Part shown: positions 50,394-61,255 of the stretch, piece by piece
Layout: each line of letters opens with the position of its first letter
Numbering within the stretch: the stretch's first letter is position 1
Assembly: GCA_965238175.1 (NCBI GenBank)
Contig: CBDEGZ010000003.1
Location: 2,752,001-2,816,000 of the forward strand
Length of the DNA stretch: 64,000 bases
Direction of reading: 5' to 3'
Origin: Gammaproteobacteria bacterium
GTDB lineage: Bacteria; Pseudomonadota; Gammaproteobacteria; CAJXQU01
The notes under the pieces: model-generated
Seen by the model: only the letters and a program-made list of their open reading frames with translations
Told to the model about the DNA's origin: nothing
Database searches by the model: none
Program-made: the position numbers and the translations under genes

Positions 50394-51815
50394 ATGGCCG
50401 AGCAAGAAACCTATAATTACAAAATCGTACGGCAATTTGCCATTATGACTATCGTCTGGGGTATTGTCGGCATGTTTGTTGGCGTTTTTATCGCCGCACA
50501 ACTGACATGGCCTGCTTTGAATTTTGATATTCCTTACCTGACGTTTGGCCGTTTAAGGCCATTGCATACCAATGCAGTCGTCTTTGCATTTGGTGGATCA
50601 GCATTATTTGCCACATCGTATTATATCGTTCAGCGTACATGCCATGTTCGTCTCTTTTGTGACAAGTTAGCCGCTTTTACATTTTGGGGCTGGCAGACAG
50701 TCATCGTGTTGGCTGCGATCACGCTCCCACTCGGAATTACCAGTTCAAAAGAGTATGCAGAGCTTGAATGGCCAATAGATATTTTAATCACCTTAGTCTG
50801 GATTTCTTATGCGCTTGTTTTTTTCGGCACAATCACGAAAAGACGAATCAAGCATATCTACGTTTCTAACTGGTTTTTTGGTGCTTTCATCATTACCGTT
50901 GCAATGTTGCATGTGGTCAATAGTGCTGCCATTCCGATTTCTCTAACAAAATCCTATTCGGCTTACGCCGGTGTTCAAGATGCGATGATTCAATGGTGGT
51001 ATGGCCATAATGCCGTTGGGTTTTTCCTGACATCAGGCTTCCTTGGGATAATGTATTACTTTATTCCTAAGCAGGCAGAACGACCGGTTTATTCATACCG
51101 ACTTTCTATTGTTCATTTCTGGGCACTCACATTTACCTATATCTGGGCAGGACCACACCATTTGCATTACACCGCCCTGCCTGACTGGGCTCAGTCATTA
51201 GGAATGGTGATGTCCCTGATTCTGTTAGCGCCCTCATGGGGAGGAATGATCAACGGCATGATGACTTTGTCTGGCGCCTGGGATAAATTACGAACCGATC
51301 CTATTCTGCGATTTTTGATCGTCTCAGTCTCTTTCTACGGCATGTCTACATTTGAAGGTCCCATGATGGCGATCAAAACTGTGAATGCCCTCTCTCATTA
51401 CACCGACTGGACAATCGGACATGTGCATTCCGGCGCATTAGGCTGGGTGGCAATGGTTTCGATCGGCAGTATGTATTATTTAATACCGCGTCTTTTTAAT
51501 CGTGAAATTTATAGCACTTATTTGATCGAAGTCCATTTCTGGGTTTCTACCGTGGGTATTGTTCTGTACATCGTCGCCATGTGGGTTTCAGGGATTATGC
51601 AGGGCTTGATGTGGCGTGCAGTAAATGACGACGGCACATTGACTTATAACTTTGTTGAAACGGTAGAAGCCATGCATCCATTTTATTTAATCAGAACGCT
51701 GGGGGGATTCTTGTTCTTCGCCGGGATGTTGATAATGACCTTTAATCTCTGGAAAACGATTAAGGGTGCAACACCTGCAGAATCTCAAATTCCTAACCCA
51801 GTCATGGCTCACTAA
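50394..51815 (+). CDS. ccoN: cbb3-type cytochrome c oxidase subunit I
   Basis: [38 protein letters not shown]; SD AAGGAG before ATG 50394. Confidence 0.98.
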   Translation: MAEQETYNYKIVRQFAIMTIVWGIVGMFVGVFIAAQLTWPALNFDIPYLTFGRLRPLHTNAVVFAFGGSALFATSYYIVQRTCHVRLFCDKLAAFTFWGWQTVIVLAAITLPLGITSSKEYAELEWPIDILITLVWISYALVFFGTITKRRIKHIYVSNWFFGAFIITVAMLHVVNSAAIPISLTKSYSAYAGVQDAMIQWWYGHNAVGFFLTSGFLGIMYYFIPKQAERPVYSYRLSIVHFWALTFTYIWAGPHHLHYTALPDWAQSLGMVMSLILLAPSWGGMINGMMTLSGAWDKLRTDPILRFLIVSVSFYGMSTFEGPMMAIKTVNALSHYTDWTIGHVHSGALGWVAMVSIGSMYYLIPRLFNREIYSTYLIEVHFWVSTVGIVLYIVAMWVSGIMQGLMWRAVNDDGTLTYNFVETVEAMHPFYLIRTLGGFLFFAGMLIMTFNLWKTIKGATPAESQIPNPVMAH

Positions 51816-51827
51816 AGGAGATCCGGT

Positions 51828-52442
51828 ATGGCTTTCACCCATGAAAAAATAGAGACAAATATCGGCCTAATGATCATTCTGGTTCTAATTACAGTCAGTA
51901 TTGGCGGCATGGTTCAGATTGTCCCACTATTTTTTATGCATTCAACCACAGAACCCGTTGAGGGCTTGCAACCTTATTCAGCATTACAACTTGCCGGGCG
52001 TGATATCTATGTTCGAGAAGGTTGTTATCTCTGCCATTCACAAATGATTCGCCCCTTCCGAGCCGAAACAGAACGCTATGGTCATTACTCTCTCGCCGGT
52101 GAGTTTGTTTACGATAGACCGTTTCAATGGGGTTCAAAACGAACGGGGCCTGATCTGCATCGTGTAGGAGGTCGATACAGTGACGAGTGGCATCGTGACC
52201 ATCTAATTGCACCACGAGATCTGGTTCCTGAATCTGTGATGCCGGGATACCCATGGTTTGCAGATACGCCGGCTGATGCTTCCAACATCAAGAAAAAAAT
52301 GCAAGTTTTACGATCATTGGGAGCGCCATATACTGATGAACAAATCGCAAAAGCACCGTCAGATCTAAAAGATAAAACCGAAATGGATGCCATGATTGCT
52401 TATCTGCAAGGTTTGGGTACATCGGTTAAAACTCGCAGGTAA
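51828..52442 (+). CDS. ccoO: cbb3 oxidase subunit II
   Basis: [24 protein letters not shown]. Confidence 0.98.
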   Translation: MAFTHEKIETNIGLMIILVLITVSIGGMVQIVPLFFMHSTTEPVEGLQPYSALQLAGRDIYVREGCYLCHSQMIRPFRAETERYGHYSLAGEFVYDRPFQWGSKRTGPDLHRVGGRYSDEWHRDHLIAPRDLVPESVMPGYPWFADTPADASNIKKKMQVLRSLGAPYTDEQIAKAPSDLKDKTEMDAMIAYLQGLGTSVKTRR

Positions 52443-52447
52443 ATACC

Positions 52448-52645
52448 ATGCAATATCTCACTACTATTCAATCAATCTGGACACTCATCGTATTTTTGCT
52501 CTTTATTGGCATTGTTTTTTGGGCGTGCAGTGGAAAGAACAAAACCGATTTTGAAGAAGCTGCTCAAATTCCTCTTAACGACGATATTGAAATCGAATCA
52601 AAGAGTAATAAAGAGTCTGATAAAAAGGAGAGTTTAAATGGCTGA
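52448..52645 (+). CDS. ccoQ: cbb3 oxidase subunit IV
   Basis: Single TM helix followed by FEEAAQIPLND; lies between ccoO and ccoP. Confidence 0.92.
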   Translation: MQYLTTIQSIWTLIVFLLFIGIVFWACSGKNKTDFEEAAQIPLNDDIEIESKSNKESDKKESLNG

Positions 52646-53552
52646 TTTCGTCAATGAATTCTGGAATTGGTTTGTCATTGTTCTAACCGTGTTAAGCATG
52701 ATTGCATGTTGGTGGTTGGTGATTAGCCAATCTAAGAAAGGCCAAAAACCGTTGACAGGTGAGGTTAAATCTACCGGTCATATCTGGGATGAAGATCTGC
52801 AGGAACTAAATAATCCTCTGCCCAGATGGTGGTTGTATTTATTTTACATTACGCTTTATTTTGGATCGGCTTACCTTATTCTTTATCCAGGTTTAGGCGC
52901 TTTCCAGGGCTTATTGGGCTGGAGTCAGCTTAAAGAATACCAAGAAGAAATTACAAAAGCTGAAAATTCCTATGGTCCGATCTTCAACAAATTTGTTGAT
53001 CAGGATTTAAACATCGTCGCAAACGATCCTGAAGCACGCGAAATTGGTAAACGTTTATTTTCAACTTATTGCACACAATGTCATGGTTCCGATGCGAGGG
53101 GAGCAAGGGGTTATCCAAATCTCATCGATAATGATTCTCTGTACGGCCATGATCCAGAAACGATCAAAACGTCAATTATGAAAGGTCGCAATGGTGTAAT
53201 GCCAGCCTGGAAACAAATTCTGGGTAACGAAGGTCTTTTCAATGTAACCGCTTATATTCAATCTTTTAGAGGCAAAGAAGCCGATCTTGTCACTGTCGCT
53301 AAAGGTAAAGATATCTTTTCCAAAAACTGCGCCGCCTGCCACGGAGCAGATGCAACAGGTATTCAAGCATTGGGGGCTCCAAATTTAATAGATGATATTT
53401 GGTTATATGGTGGTTCAAACAAAAGAATCATGGAATCCATCGCCCAAGGACGCCAAGGGCAAATGCCACCCCATAGTGAATTCCTCGGTGAAGCAAAAGT
53501 GCACTTACTCGCTGCATATGTCTATTGGTTATCTACTAACACTGATCCATAA
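52638..53552 (+). CDS. ccoP: cbb3 oxidase subunit III
   Basis: TGHIWDEDL, NPLPRWW and two CxxCH motifs (CTQCH, CAACH). Confidence 0.97.
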   Translation: MADFVNEFWNWFVIVLTVLSMIACWWLVISQSKKGQKPLTGEVKSTGHIWDEDLQELNNPLPRWWLYLFYITLYFGSAYLILYPGLGAFQGLLGWSQLKEYQEEITKAENSYGPIFNKFVDQDLNIVANDPEAREIGKRLFSTYCTQCHGSDARGARGYPNLIDNDSLYGHDPETIKTSIMKGRNGVMPAWKQILGNEGLFNVTAYIQSFRGKEADLVTVAKGKDIFSKNCAACHGADATGIQALGAPNLIDDIWLYGGSNKRIMESIAQGRQGQMPPHSEFLGEAKVHLLAAYVYWLSTNTDP

Positions 53553-53580
53553 ACAATATTAAGACATTCGAGTGATATAA

Positions 53581-53844
53581 ATGATTGAAGACGATGCAGA
53601 ACAAAGCCATCAATTATCTAAGACTAAACGCGTCATTGTCATTTTTTGGTTGTCCTATCTTATGGCCGGGATCGCAACAGGTGTATTTTTTTCGGCCATC
53701 GATCCAGAGGTTTTAAAATCTTGTGTGAGTTTCCCCGAGATAAGTCGAATGGGAGCTTACTCAATTGGCTTTTTCTTATTCTGGTTACTAACTTCCTCAA
53801 CTTGTGTGCTTGCAGATTTCATCCTCAGCCCTAAAAGAAAATGA
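53581..53844 (+). CDS. Small two-TM membrane protein in the cco operon
   Basis: WLSYLMAGIATGVFFSAIDP...YSIGFFLFW; overlaps the ccoG start (ATGA-type coupling). Confidence 0.75.
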   Translation: MIEDDAEQSHQLSKTKRVIVIFWLSYLMAGIATGVFFSAIDPEVLKSCVSFPEISRMGAYSIGFFLFWLLTSSTCVLADFILSPKRK

Positions 53845-55250
53845 ATAAAATTGATCCTGTAAAGGAAATACATCTTGATTCTGATGTCGCGCAATCACTC
53901 TACGCTAAAAGAAAAAAGATCCATCCGCGTGAGGTTCATGGAATTTTTGCACAACTACGAGTAGCGGCTGTTTTTGCATTACTAGGTCTGTTCTATGGTC
54001 TACCCTGGCTACAGTGGGATGGTCGTCAAGCTGTATTACTGGATCTTCCCGCCAGAAAGTTCCACATATTTGGTTTGACCTTATGGCCACAAGATTTTTT
54101 GTTACTGACTTTGTTATTAATTATTGCCGGACTTAGTCTGTTCTTTTTCACCACACTCGCAGGTCGCTTATGGTGTGGTTATGCTTGCCCACAAACAGTT
54201 TGGACAGAAGTATTTTTAACGATAGAACGTTGGGTTGAGGGTGACAGGGCAAAACAGATTAAGCTCGATAAAGCACCAATGTCGGTAAAAAAGTTTCGCA
54301 TTAAGGCAACAAAACATACTGCATGGATACTATTTTCTGCCTTTACCGGCTTCACATTTGTAGCCTATTTCACATCACTTAGAGATCTTGCAGCAAATCT
54401 TACCGTTTTTTCGCTGGGTCCCTGGGAAACATTCTGGATCATCTTTTACGGATTCGCCACTTATGGGAATGCTGGCTGGATGCGCGAACAAGTATGCTTA
54501 CATATGTGTCCCTACGCCCGCTTCCAAAGCGCTATGTTTGATAGTGACACTTTGATCATTTCTTACAATCAAGACAGAGGCGAACCTCGCGGTGCTAGAA
54601 AAAGAAGTGATGATCATAAAGAGCTGGGGTTAGGAGACTGCATTGGTTGTACCATGTGTGTACAGGTCTGTCCGACCGGAATTGATATTCGTGATGGTCT
54701 GCAATATGAGTGTATCGGCTGTTCGGCCTGTATAGACGTCTGCAATGACGTTATGAATAAAGTGGGTTATGAAAAAGACCTGATCGCTTACACCACACAA
54801 AATAGTGTTGATGGAAAACCTTCAAAAATAATCCGTCCTCGTATCATTATTTATGCATTAATCTTAGCAGGTTTAATCGGCACATTAACTTATCTCCTCG
54901 CGACTCGAGTTCCGTTACAACTTGATATAATTCGTGATCGAAATGCGTTATTTAGAGAAACTAATGAAGGCCTGATCGAAAATGTTTATACACTGAAATT
55001 GATCAATATGGATGATTATGCACACGACTTTACCCTGACAACCAGAGGCCTCAATGGCCTTGAATTAATTATCGAACATGAAAACATCTTTGTGAAAGGA
55101 GGAAATGTTGTCGATCTCCCTGTTCGATTAAGAGTGGATGAAACAGATCTGAAACAACACAGTTCAACGATTTATTTTAATCTAACTGCAAAAGATAACC
55201 CTGAATTAAATGTCACTGAAGAAGGACGATTTCTAGGACCAAGAAAATGA
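53841..55250 (+). CDS. ccoG: Cytochrome c oxidase accessory protein CcoG/FixG
   Basis: GRLWCGYACPQTVW, CPYARFQ, CIGCTMCVQVCP, CIGCSACIDVC. Confidence 0.97.
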   Translation: MNKIDPVKEIHLDSDVAQSLYAKRKKIHPREVHGIFAQLRVAAVFALLGLFYGLPWLQWDGRQAVLLDLPARKFHIFGLTLWPQDFLLLTLLLIIAGLSLFFFTTLAGRLWCGYACPQTVWTEVFLTIERWVEGDRAKQIKLDKAPMSVKKFRIKATKHTAWILFSAFTGFTFVAYFTSLRDLAANLTVFSLGPWETFWIIFYGFATYGNAGWMREQVCLHMCPYARFQSAMFDSDTLIISYNQDRGEPRGARKRSDDHKELGLGDCIGCTMCVQVCPTGIDIRDGLQYECIGCSACIDVCNDVMNKVGYEKDLIAYTTQNSVDGKPSKIIRPRIIIYALILAGLIGTLTYLLATRVPLQLDIIRDRNALFRETNEGLIENVYTLKLINMDDYAHDFTLTTRGLNGLELIIEHENIFVKGGNVVDLPVRLRVDETDLKQHSSTIYFNLTAKDNPELNVTEEGRFLGPRK

Positions 55251-55711
55251 TAAAAGATAGAACAAACTGGTATCAAAACCCTTATGTCTGGCTGATAATT
55301 TTTTTCCCTTTATCAGCCGTTGTCGCTGGAATTATTACCATAAAACTGGCCATCACCTCTGATGATGGTCTAGTCATAGATGATTATTACAAAGAAGGGT
55401 TAAAAATTAATCAGGTTCTTGAACGAGATAGAACTGCCCAACAAATGGAATTGATTGCAACAATCAACATGGAACACGATACTCAAAAAGTTAAGCTTTT
55501 ATTATCTGCCCGTAAAGAGTTTCTATATCCCTCAAAAATTCAAGTCACCTTTATGAACAAAACTCGCAAAGGTTATGATAAAAAATTACAAGCCATTCGA
55601 ACACCCGCTGGCTTTTATGAAGCACCTTTACCGGAACTGATCCGAGGTATGTGGTATGTACAAATTGAGAGTGATAACTGGCGTCTGATTAATTCTGTTA
55701 CAACCAACTGA
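55247..55711 (+). CDS. ccoH: FixH/CcoH family protein
   Basis: WYQNPYVWLII, DGLVIDDYYKEG, GMWYVQI. Confidence 0.9.
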   Translation: MIKDRTNWYQNPYVWLIIFFPLSAVVAGIITIKLAITSDDGLVIDDYYKEGLKINQVLERDRTAQQMELIATINMEHDTQKVKLLLSARKEFLYPSKIQVTFMNKTRKGYDKKLQAIRTPAGFYEAPLPELIRGMWYVQIESDNWRLINSVTTN

Positions 55712-55770
55712 TCAGTCACTAATTGTTCAATCATTTGGCCACTCCAGCACTAACTATTTTGGCCGTTTAA

Positions 55771-58335
55771 TTAGGTGACAAACTCGCCATCCCCAAGTGG
55801 TTTAAATCGAACGATCAAAACTGATAACAACGTCATATTTGCAAATAGTGCACACAACATTGAGAAACCTGTCAGAAGCCCAAAGTAGATAGTTGGAATA
55901 AAATTCGAGAAGGCCAAAATCGAAAACCCTAATGTGATTGTGATCGATGTGTAGTACATCGCACGACCAATCGTACTGTGACTTTGTCTGGCCGCATTCC
56001 AATAATCAGGATTTTTTTCGTACTCTTCCATAAACCGATAAACATAATGGATCGTGTCGTGAACAGCTATCCCGATACAAATTGCAGCGATCGTAATCGT
56101 CATCATATCCAATGGGATTTTCAACCAACCCATCAAGCCCAAAACCATTCCTGCAGAGATCATATTAGGAATAATGGCGAGTATAGCGACTTTAAAATTA
56201 CGGAATAAAATGGCGAACATAATCATAATCGCGATAAACACAACACCAATCGTCAAGATTTGCGAACGAAACAAACTCTGTAACATATTGTTGTACAGAA
56301 CAATCATCCCGGTGATTTTAATCTGATCCTCTTCGAGACCAAAATCATTTTTTAGATCATGCCGAATTCTGGTTAATAATTCTTCGCGTTTGAGTGTTGC
56401 GTCTGTTTCAAAAACGCGAATTCCGAATCGTAATTGATTACCATCCTCTGACATATACGGATCAATTAATTGTTCTTTAACCACCTCTGGAAGCTGCTTA
56501 TAAAGAATCGCGAGTTCAAAATCATTAGTCAAAATATTTTCATCCAGACTTTCAAGCATTCTGAATGTTGTTGTCAAAGAAAGTACTTTGCCCGTCTCTC
56601 TTAAACTATCAAGATAGTCATGTATCTTGGCAATGTCATTTAACATATAACTTTTGAACCAATAACTTGATCCAGTTATCCCAATATCAGAACTGTCTTC
56701 TTCGAATTCGTCCGCAAACTCATCTTCGAATTCATCCTCTTCATCACTAAAAAGATCATCGTTTTCTTCATCTGCGAATTCTGGATCAAATTCTTCGATC
56801 TCTTCTTCAAAAAAACTTTTAGGTGCATCAAGAATAATATCCAAAGGGGTTGTGCCGCCAAGTCGTTTATCAATTAATTCCATACCTTGATAAATCTCAG
56901 TGGAATCTTTGTAGTAATCAATAAATCTATTTTCAACCGTCAACTTGGTAATTCCCCAAACACTTACCACTGCAAGTGCTAGGTAGAAAAACAGTATCAG
57001 ACCACCATGCTTTTCATTGTTACTAGCAAAAAACTGGGTAATTCCCGCAGTGAAATCATTGTCGCCAGATAGTTTTTCTCGATCAAAAAGTACCAATGCT
57101 GCCGGGAATAAAGTAAACGCAATAATTTGAGCAACGACAATTCCTATCACCATCATCCAACCAAAATCGATAACGGGTCGAATACCACTGACTAATAATG
57201 ATCCAAACGCAACCATTGTCGTGAGTGAAGTATAAAGACATGGGTTTGTTTTACTTTTGATCGTTTCAAGAATTAACTCGCGTTGAGAAAGCGTAGAATT
57301 TTCCCTGAGTAATTCCCTATAGCGCACAATCAAATGCACCATTAATGAAAGCGTCAAGATTAATAACAGCGAAACAAAGTTTGAAGAAACGACTGTCACT
57401 GGCCAATCCAACATGCCAAGTATTCCCACCATAGTGACCCCAGCCGTCACACAAGTCAGCATCGATAGCACAACCCAGCGAGCACGACCAAAAATTATAC
57501 TGAGAATAATGATCAAAAATACCAGAATTCCAACACCAAAGGTCACCAGATCATGTCGAACAAAGTCAACTGAGTCGCTGGAAATCATTGGTACGCCACC
57601 TAGGAAAAGACTCGCAGAATCTCTATGTTCATCCATAATCGAGCGAACTTGTTTTATGTCTTTTGCCGATTGTGTCTGTAGCGATGCATTGTGAGCGTCA
57701 AACTGTTTAACCACGTTTTTCAGTGATTCATTTTCCTGCTCTGTTAGCTCACTTTCTATGCGTTTAGCAAAAAGTGCATCACGTTGTTCAAGCAATTTTT
57801 TCCACTCTTCATCATGTTTAAACAAAATCTGTAAAGCCGTTGTTTTACCATCTGCACTGATCAAAAGTTCTTTATAGAGAGGACTTTCAAGAAATTCTTT
57901 TTTAGCTAAAGTGCGATCTGCTTTTGGACTTTCGAGCGTTAAAATTTCTTCAGCCAATTCAGAGAAAGTAACCGGTGGGCTCTTAATCAGTGGCACATCA
58001 AGTAAACTGGTTACGGAATCAACACGTTCAATTGTTTTTAACTTATCACGTAAACTTTTTAGATCATTCAACACCTCGTCAGAGAACATTTCCAACCCTT
58101 CGTTTGGTGTATAGGTAACAAATAAACCATCATCCGAACCATAGATCGCTTTTATCGAACGATAGTATTTTAATGATTGATCATTTTCCAAAACCAGCGT
58201 ATCAGCAGATGCATCCAATCGAAAATCAGGAACATGGCGTACAAAACTAAATACAATCAAAAACACAACCAACAACGTAATGATCGGATGACCTAAAATG
58301 ATTCGGTCATAGGCTTTTATAAGAAATGATGTCAT
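55771..58335 (-). CDS. MMPL/RND-family membrane transporter
   Basis: Two TM clusters; RLDASADTL, LGGTTPLDII, IAAICIGIAVHDTIHY, SNFIPTIYFG. Confidence 0.9.
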   Translation of the reverse strand: MTSFLIKAYDRIILGHPIITLLVVFLIVFSFVRHVPDFRLDASADTLVLENDQSLKYYRSIKAIYGSDDGLFVTYTPNEGLEMFSDEVLNDLKSLRDKLKTIERVDSVTSLLDVPLIKSPPVTFSELAEEILTLESPKADRTLAKKEFLESPLYKELLISADGKTTALQILFKHDEEWKKLLEQRDALFAKRIESELTEQENESLKNVVKQFDAHNASLQTQSAKDIKQVRSIMDEHRDSASLFLGGVPMISSDSVDFVRHDLVTFGVGILVFLIIILSIIFGRARWVVLSMLTCVTAGVTMVGILGMLDWPVTVVSSNFVSLLLILTLSLMVHLIVRYRELLRENSTLSQRELILETIKSKTNPCLYTSLTTMVAFGSLLVSGIRPVIDFGWMMVIGIVVAQIIAFTLFPAALVLFDREKLSGDNDFTAGITQFFASNNEKHGGLILFFYLALAVVSVWGITKLTVENRFIDYYKDSTEIYQGMELIDKRLGGTTPLDIILDAPKSFFEEEIEEFDPEFADEENDDLFSDEEDEFEDEFADEFEEDSSDIGITGSSYWFKSYMLNDIAKIHDYLDSLRETGKVLSLTTTFRMLESLDENILTNDFELAILYKQLPEVVKEQLIDPYMSEDGNQLRFGIRVFETDATLKREELLTRIRHDLKNDFGLEEDQIKITGMIVLYNNMLQSLFRSQILTIGVVFIAIMIMFAILFRNFKVAILAIIPNMISAGMVLGLMGWLKIPLDMMTITIAAICIGIAVHDTIHYVYRFMEEYEKNPDYWNAARQSHSTIGRAMYYTSITITLGFSILAFSNFIPTIYFGLLTGFSMLCALFANMTLLSVLIVRFKPLGDGEFVT

Positions 58336-58363
58336 TTTTATAACCTTGTTAGCTTTTAATTTT

Positions 58364-59446
58364 TTATTCTGATACCAAGTTTTGAACCTGGTCTAATAAT
58401 TGTTGACGCGCCTTTTCATCCTCACCACAAACAGTAATATGCCCAACCTTCCTACCTGCTCGCGGAGATTTACCATAACGGTGTAAATGCGCACCAGAAA
58501 TACAAAGAATTGCAGCCGTATCTGGTAACTCTCCGATCAAATTTACCATGGTTGGACAACCAATATTCTGCGTAGATCCTAAAGGTTGATCAATAACGGC
58601 ACGAATGTGATTTTCAAACTGACTGCAAATTGATCCTTCTATAGTCCAATGCCCGGAGTTGTGTACACGCGGTGCCATTTCATTAGCAAGCAGTTGCTCC
58701 CCAAGTTGAAAAAATTCAATTGCCAACACGCCAACATAATCAAGTTTTTTCAAAACTCGTCGCGCATAATCCTCAGCTAATTCTTGTACAGAGTCATTTG
58801 TCTGGCTAGTTGATAACCTAAGAATTCCTTCGCGATGAACATTTTCTGCGACGGGGTAAAATGCCATTTCACCAGAAACATTTTTTACCGCAATAATTGA
58901 AACTTCTCGATCAAATGGAACTAGTGATTCTAAAATGGCGGGTGCGTCATTAAAATCCTTCCAGACAGCGACAAGATCCGTCCCTGCTCTGAGCATTTGC
59001 TGACCTTTGCCATCATAACCCAAGGTTCGTGTTTTTAAGATTGATGGCAAACCAATTTCCTTAACGGCTTGTTGTAAAGACTCAAGACTATCGACCGTTG
59101 CAAACTCGGCTGTTCCAATACCAAGTTCACGGAACATAGTTTTCTCGTTTAACCGATCACGAGCACAAGCAAGTGCTTGAGCAGGCGGATAGACAGGACA
59201 TTTATCAGCCAAAAATTCAACGGCACTGGCAGGTACATTTTCAAACTCATAAGTAACTACGTCGACTTTTTGTGCCAATTCAGCCAGCGCTTTTTCATCG
59301 TCATAATCTGCACAAACGTGCTCAACTAACTGCGTTGAACAAGCTTCTTTAGCTGGCTCTAAAACAACAAAATCCAAACCTAATGGGTATCCTGCAATCG
59401 CCAGCATACGTGCAAGCTGACCGCCACCAATAATTCCTACCTTCAT
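58364..59446 (-). CDS. purK: N5-CAIR synthetase
   Basis: GIIGGGQLARM, TYEFENV, GYDGKGQ, NEMAPRVHNSGHW. Confidence 0.97.
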   Translation of the reverse strand: MKVGIIGGGQLARMLAIAGYPLGLDFVVLEPAKEACSTQLVEHVCADYDDEKALAELAQKVDVVTYEFENVPASAVEFLADKCPVYPPAQALACARDRLNEKTMFRELGIGTAEFATVDSLESLQQAVKEIGLPSILKTRTLGYDGKGQQMLRAGTDLVAVWKDFNDAPAILESLVPFDREVSIIAVKNVSGEMAFYPVAENVHREGILRLSTSQTNDSVQELAEDYARRVLKKLDYVGVLAIEFFQLGEQLLANEMAPRVHNSGHWTIEGSICSQFENHIRAVIDQPLGSTQNIGCPTMVNLIGELPDTAAILCISGAHLHRYGKSPRAGRKVGHITVCGEDEKARQQLLDQVQNLVSE

Positions 59447-59481
59447 TTTTATTCTTCTCTATATATTACTTTTCTATTATT

Positions 59482-59982
59482 TTACTTTTTTCTGGGATCT
59501 GGATTGTTAAGCACTTTTTCTGTTTGTTCGGAACGAAATTTTTTCAGTACCGTACGAATCTCAGGATATTTATTCCCAAGAATTGCAGCAGCCAGTAATG
59601 CCGCATTGCTTGCACCAGAATTTCCAATCGCTAACGTACCCACCGGGATCCCCGCAGGCATTTGTGCAATCGACAATAGCGAATCCATACCATTGAGTGC
59701 CTTTGATTGAACCGGAACACCAAGCACAGGGACAGGTGTTTTAGCTGCTAGCATTCCGGGTAAATGTGCTGCTCCACCAGCACCAGCAATGATTACTTCG
59801 ATGCCACGTGTTTCGGCATCTTCAGCATATTGAAATAACTTATCTGGGGTACGATGCGCAGAGACCACTTCGACCTCACAAGCAATATCCAGTGATTTCA
59901 GCATACTAACGGCACTGGTCATCGTCTCCCAATCTGAACAAGAGCCCATCACGACGCCAACCAAGGGGATTTCAGTTCCCAT
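59482..59982 (-). CDS. purE: N5-CAIR mutase
   Basis: [34 protein letters not shown]. Confidence 0.97.
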   Translation of the reverse strand: MGTEIPLVGVVMGSCSDWETMTSAVSMLKSLDIACEVEVVSAHRTPDKLFQYAEDAETRGIEVIIAGAGGAAHLPGMLAAKTPVPVLGVPVQSKALNGMDSLLSIAQMPAGIPVGTLAIGNSGASNAALLAAAILGNKYPEIRTVLKKFRSEQTEKVLNNPDPRKK

Positions 59983-60034
59983 TTTCACTTCTCTTTGTCA
60001 GGAAACGGCTTATTGTAAACCGAACGAGGTGAAA

Positions 60035-61255
60035 TCACGAAATCCGTTGTTGCTCAAGTAACTCTATCCAATGTAAAACTGGCACGTCGGTTTTTTGCTG
60101 TAAAAACTGCTGGCAACCAATATTAGCAGTGAGGATGACATCAGGTTGACCAAAGGTGAGATTTTTTAGCTTATTGTCCCGCAACTGTTCGGCCATTTCT
60201 GATTGTAAAATTGAATAGGTTCCCGCAGAACCACAGCAGAGATGACTCTCTTTTACTGGGCTTAATTCACAACCGATTTTCTGTAAGAGATCTTCCACTC
60301 GACCGGGCAATTTTTGCCCATGTTGTAAACTGCAAGGAGATTGAAAGACTATTTTTTGATCGCTTCTTCTGAGATTAAACGGCGATAGGTTTTCGCCTTC
60401 AATTACCTCGATCAAATCTTTGCATAAACGAGAAACCTGCGCAGCTTTTTTGGAATAACATTCATCATCTCTCAACAAATACCCGTAATCTTTTACCATC
60501 GCGCCACAACCACTGGCGGTGATCAAAATTGCCTCGACACCCGCTTCAATATGCGGCCACCAACTGTCAATATTACTTTTAATATGAACCATTGCATCAT
60601 CAAACTGGGATAGATGTTGATTGATCGCACCACAACAACCAGCTTCTTTTTCATTAATCAGAAAAATCCCTAATGCTGCAAGCACATTTGCTGCCGCAGT
60701 ATTAATCGAAGGTGATAATACAGGTTGCACACAACCGTCCAGGATCAACATTTTTCTTTGCTGTTTTATCACCGGCCAATTTGTTTGCTGTTGTTTGGTT
60801 GGAATTATTTCTGCAATTTTTTCAGGTAAGACAGGTCGGAAAAACTGACCTAGTCTAACTAAACTCGCAAAATAGTTTTGCCTGGGTAAAATTTTCCCCA
60901 GTAATGATCTAATAATTCTGTCTTTAAGAGATCGTGGCGTTTCTTTCTTACTCAACTGTCGTCCTATATCAAGTAAATGCCCATACTCAACACCAGAGGG
61001 ACACGTCGTTTCACATGCTCTACAGCTTAAACATCGATCAAGGTGCAACTGCGTTTCTTCGGTTGCTTTATTTCCTTCAAGCAAATTTTTGATCAAATAA
61101 ATTCGACCACGCGGCCCATCTAATTCATCACCCTTAATTTGATAGGTTGGGCAGGTTGCAGAACAAAAACCACAATGCACACACTTGCGTAAAATACGAT
61201 CCGCTTCAATCCCTTGCGGTGAATTTCTAATCTGTTCTGGAATAAACGTTTGCAT
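60035..61255 (-). CDS. glcF: Glycolate oxidase iron-sulfur subunit
   Basis: CVHCGFCSATCP, CLSCRACETTCP, two CCG domains, TANIGC. Confidence 0.94.
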   Translation of the reverse strand: MQTFIPEQIRNSPQGIEADRILRKCVHCGFCSATCPTYQIKGDELDGPRGRIYLIKNLLEGNKATEETQLHLDRCLSCRACETTCPSGVEYGHLLDIGRQLSKKETPRSLKDRIIRSLLGKILPRQNYFASLVRLGQFFRPVLPEKIAEIIPTKQQQTNWPVIKQQRKMLILDGCVQPVLSPSINTAAANVLAALGIFLINEKEAGCCGAINQHLSQFDDAMVHIKSNIDSWWPHIEAGVEAILITASGCGAMVKDYGYLLRDDECYSKKAAQVSRLCKDLIEVIEGENLSPFNLRRSDQKIVFQSPCSLQHGQKLPGRVEDLLQKIGCELSPVKESHLCCGSAGTYSILQSEMAEQLRDNKLKNLTFGQPDVILTANIGCQQFLQQKTDVPVLHWIELLEQQRIS

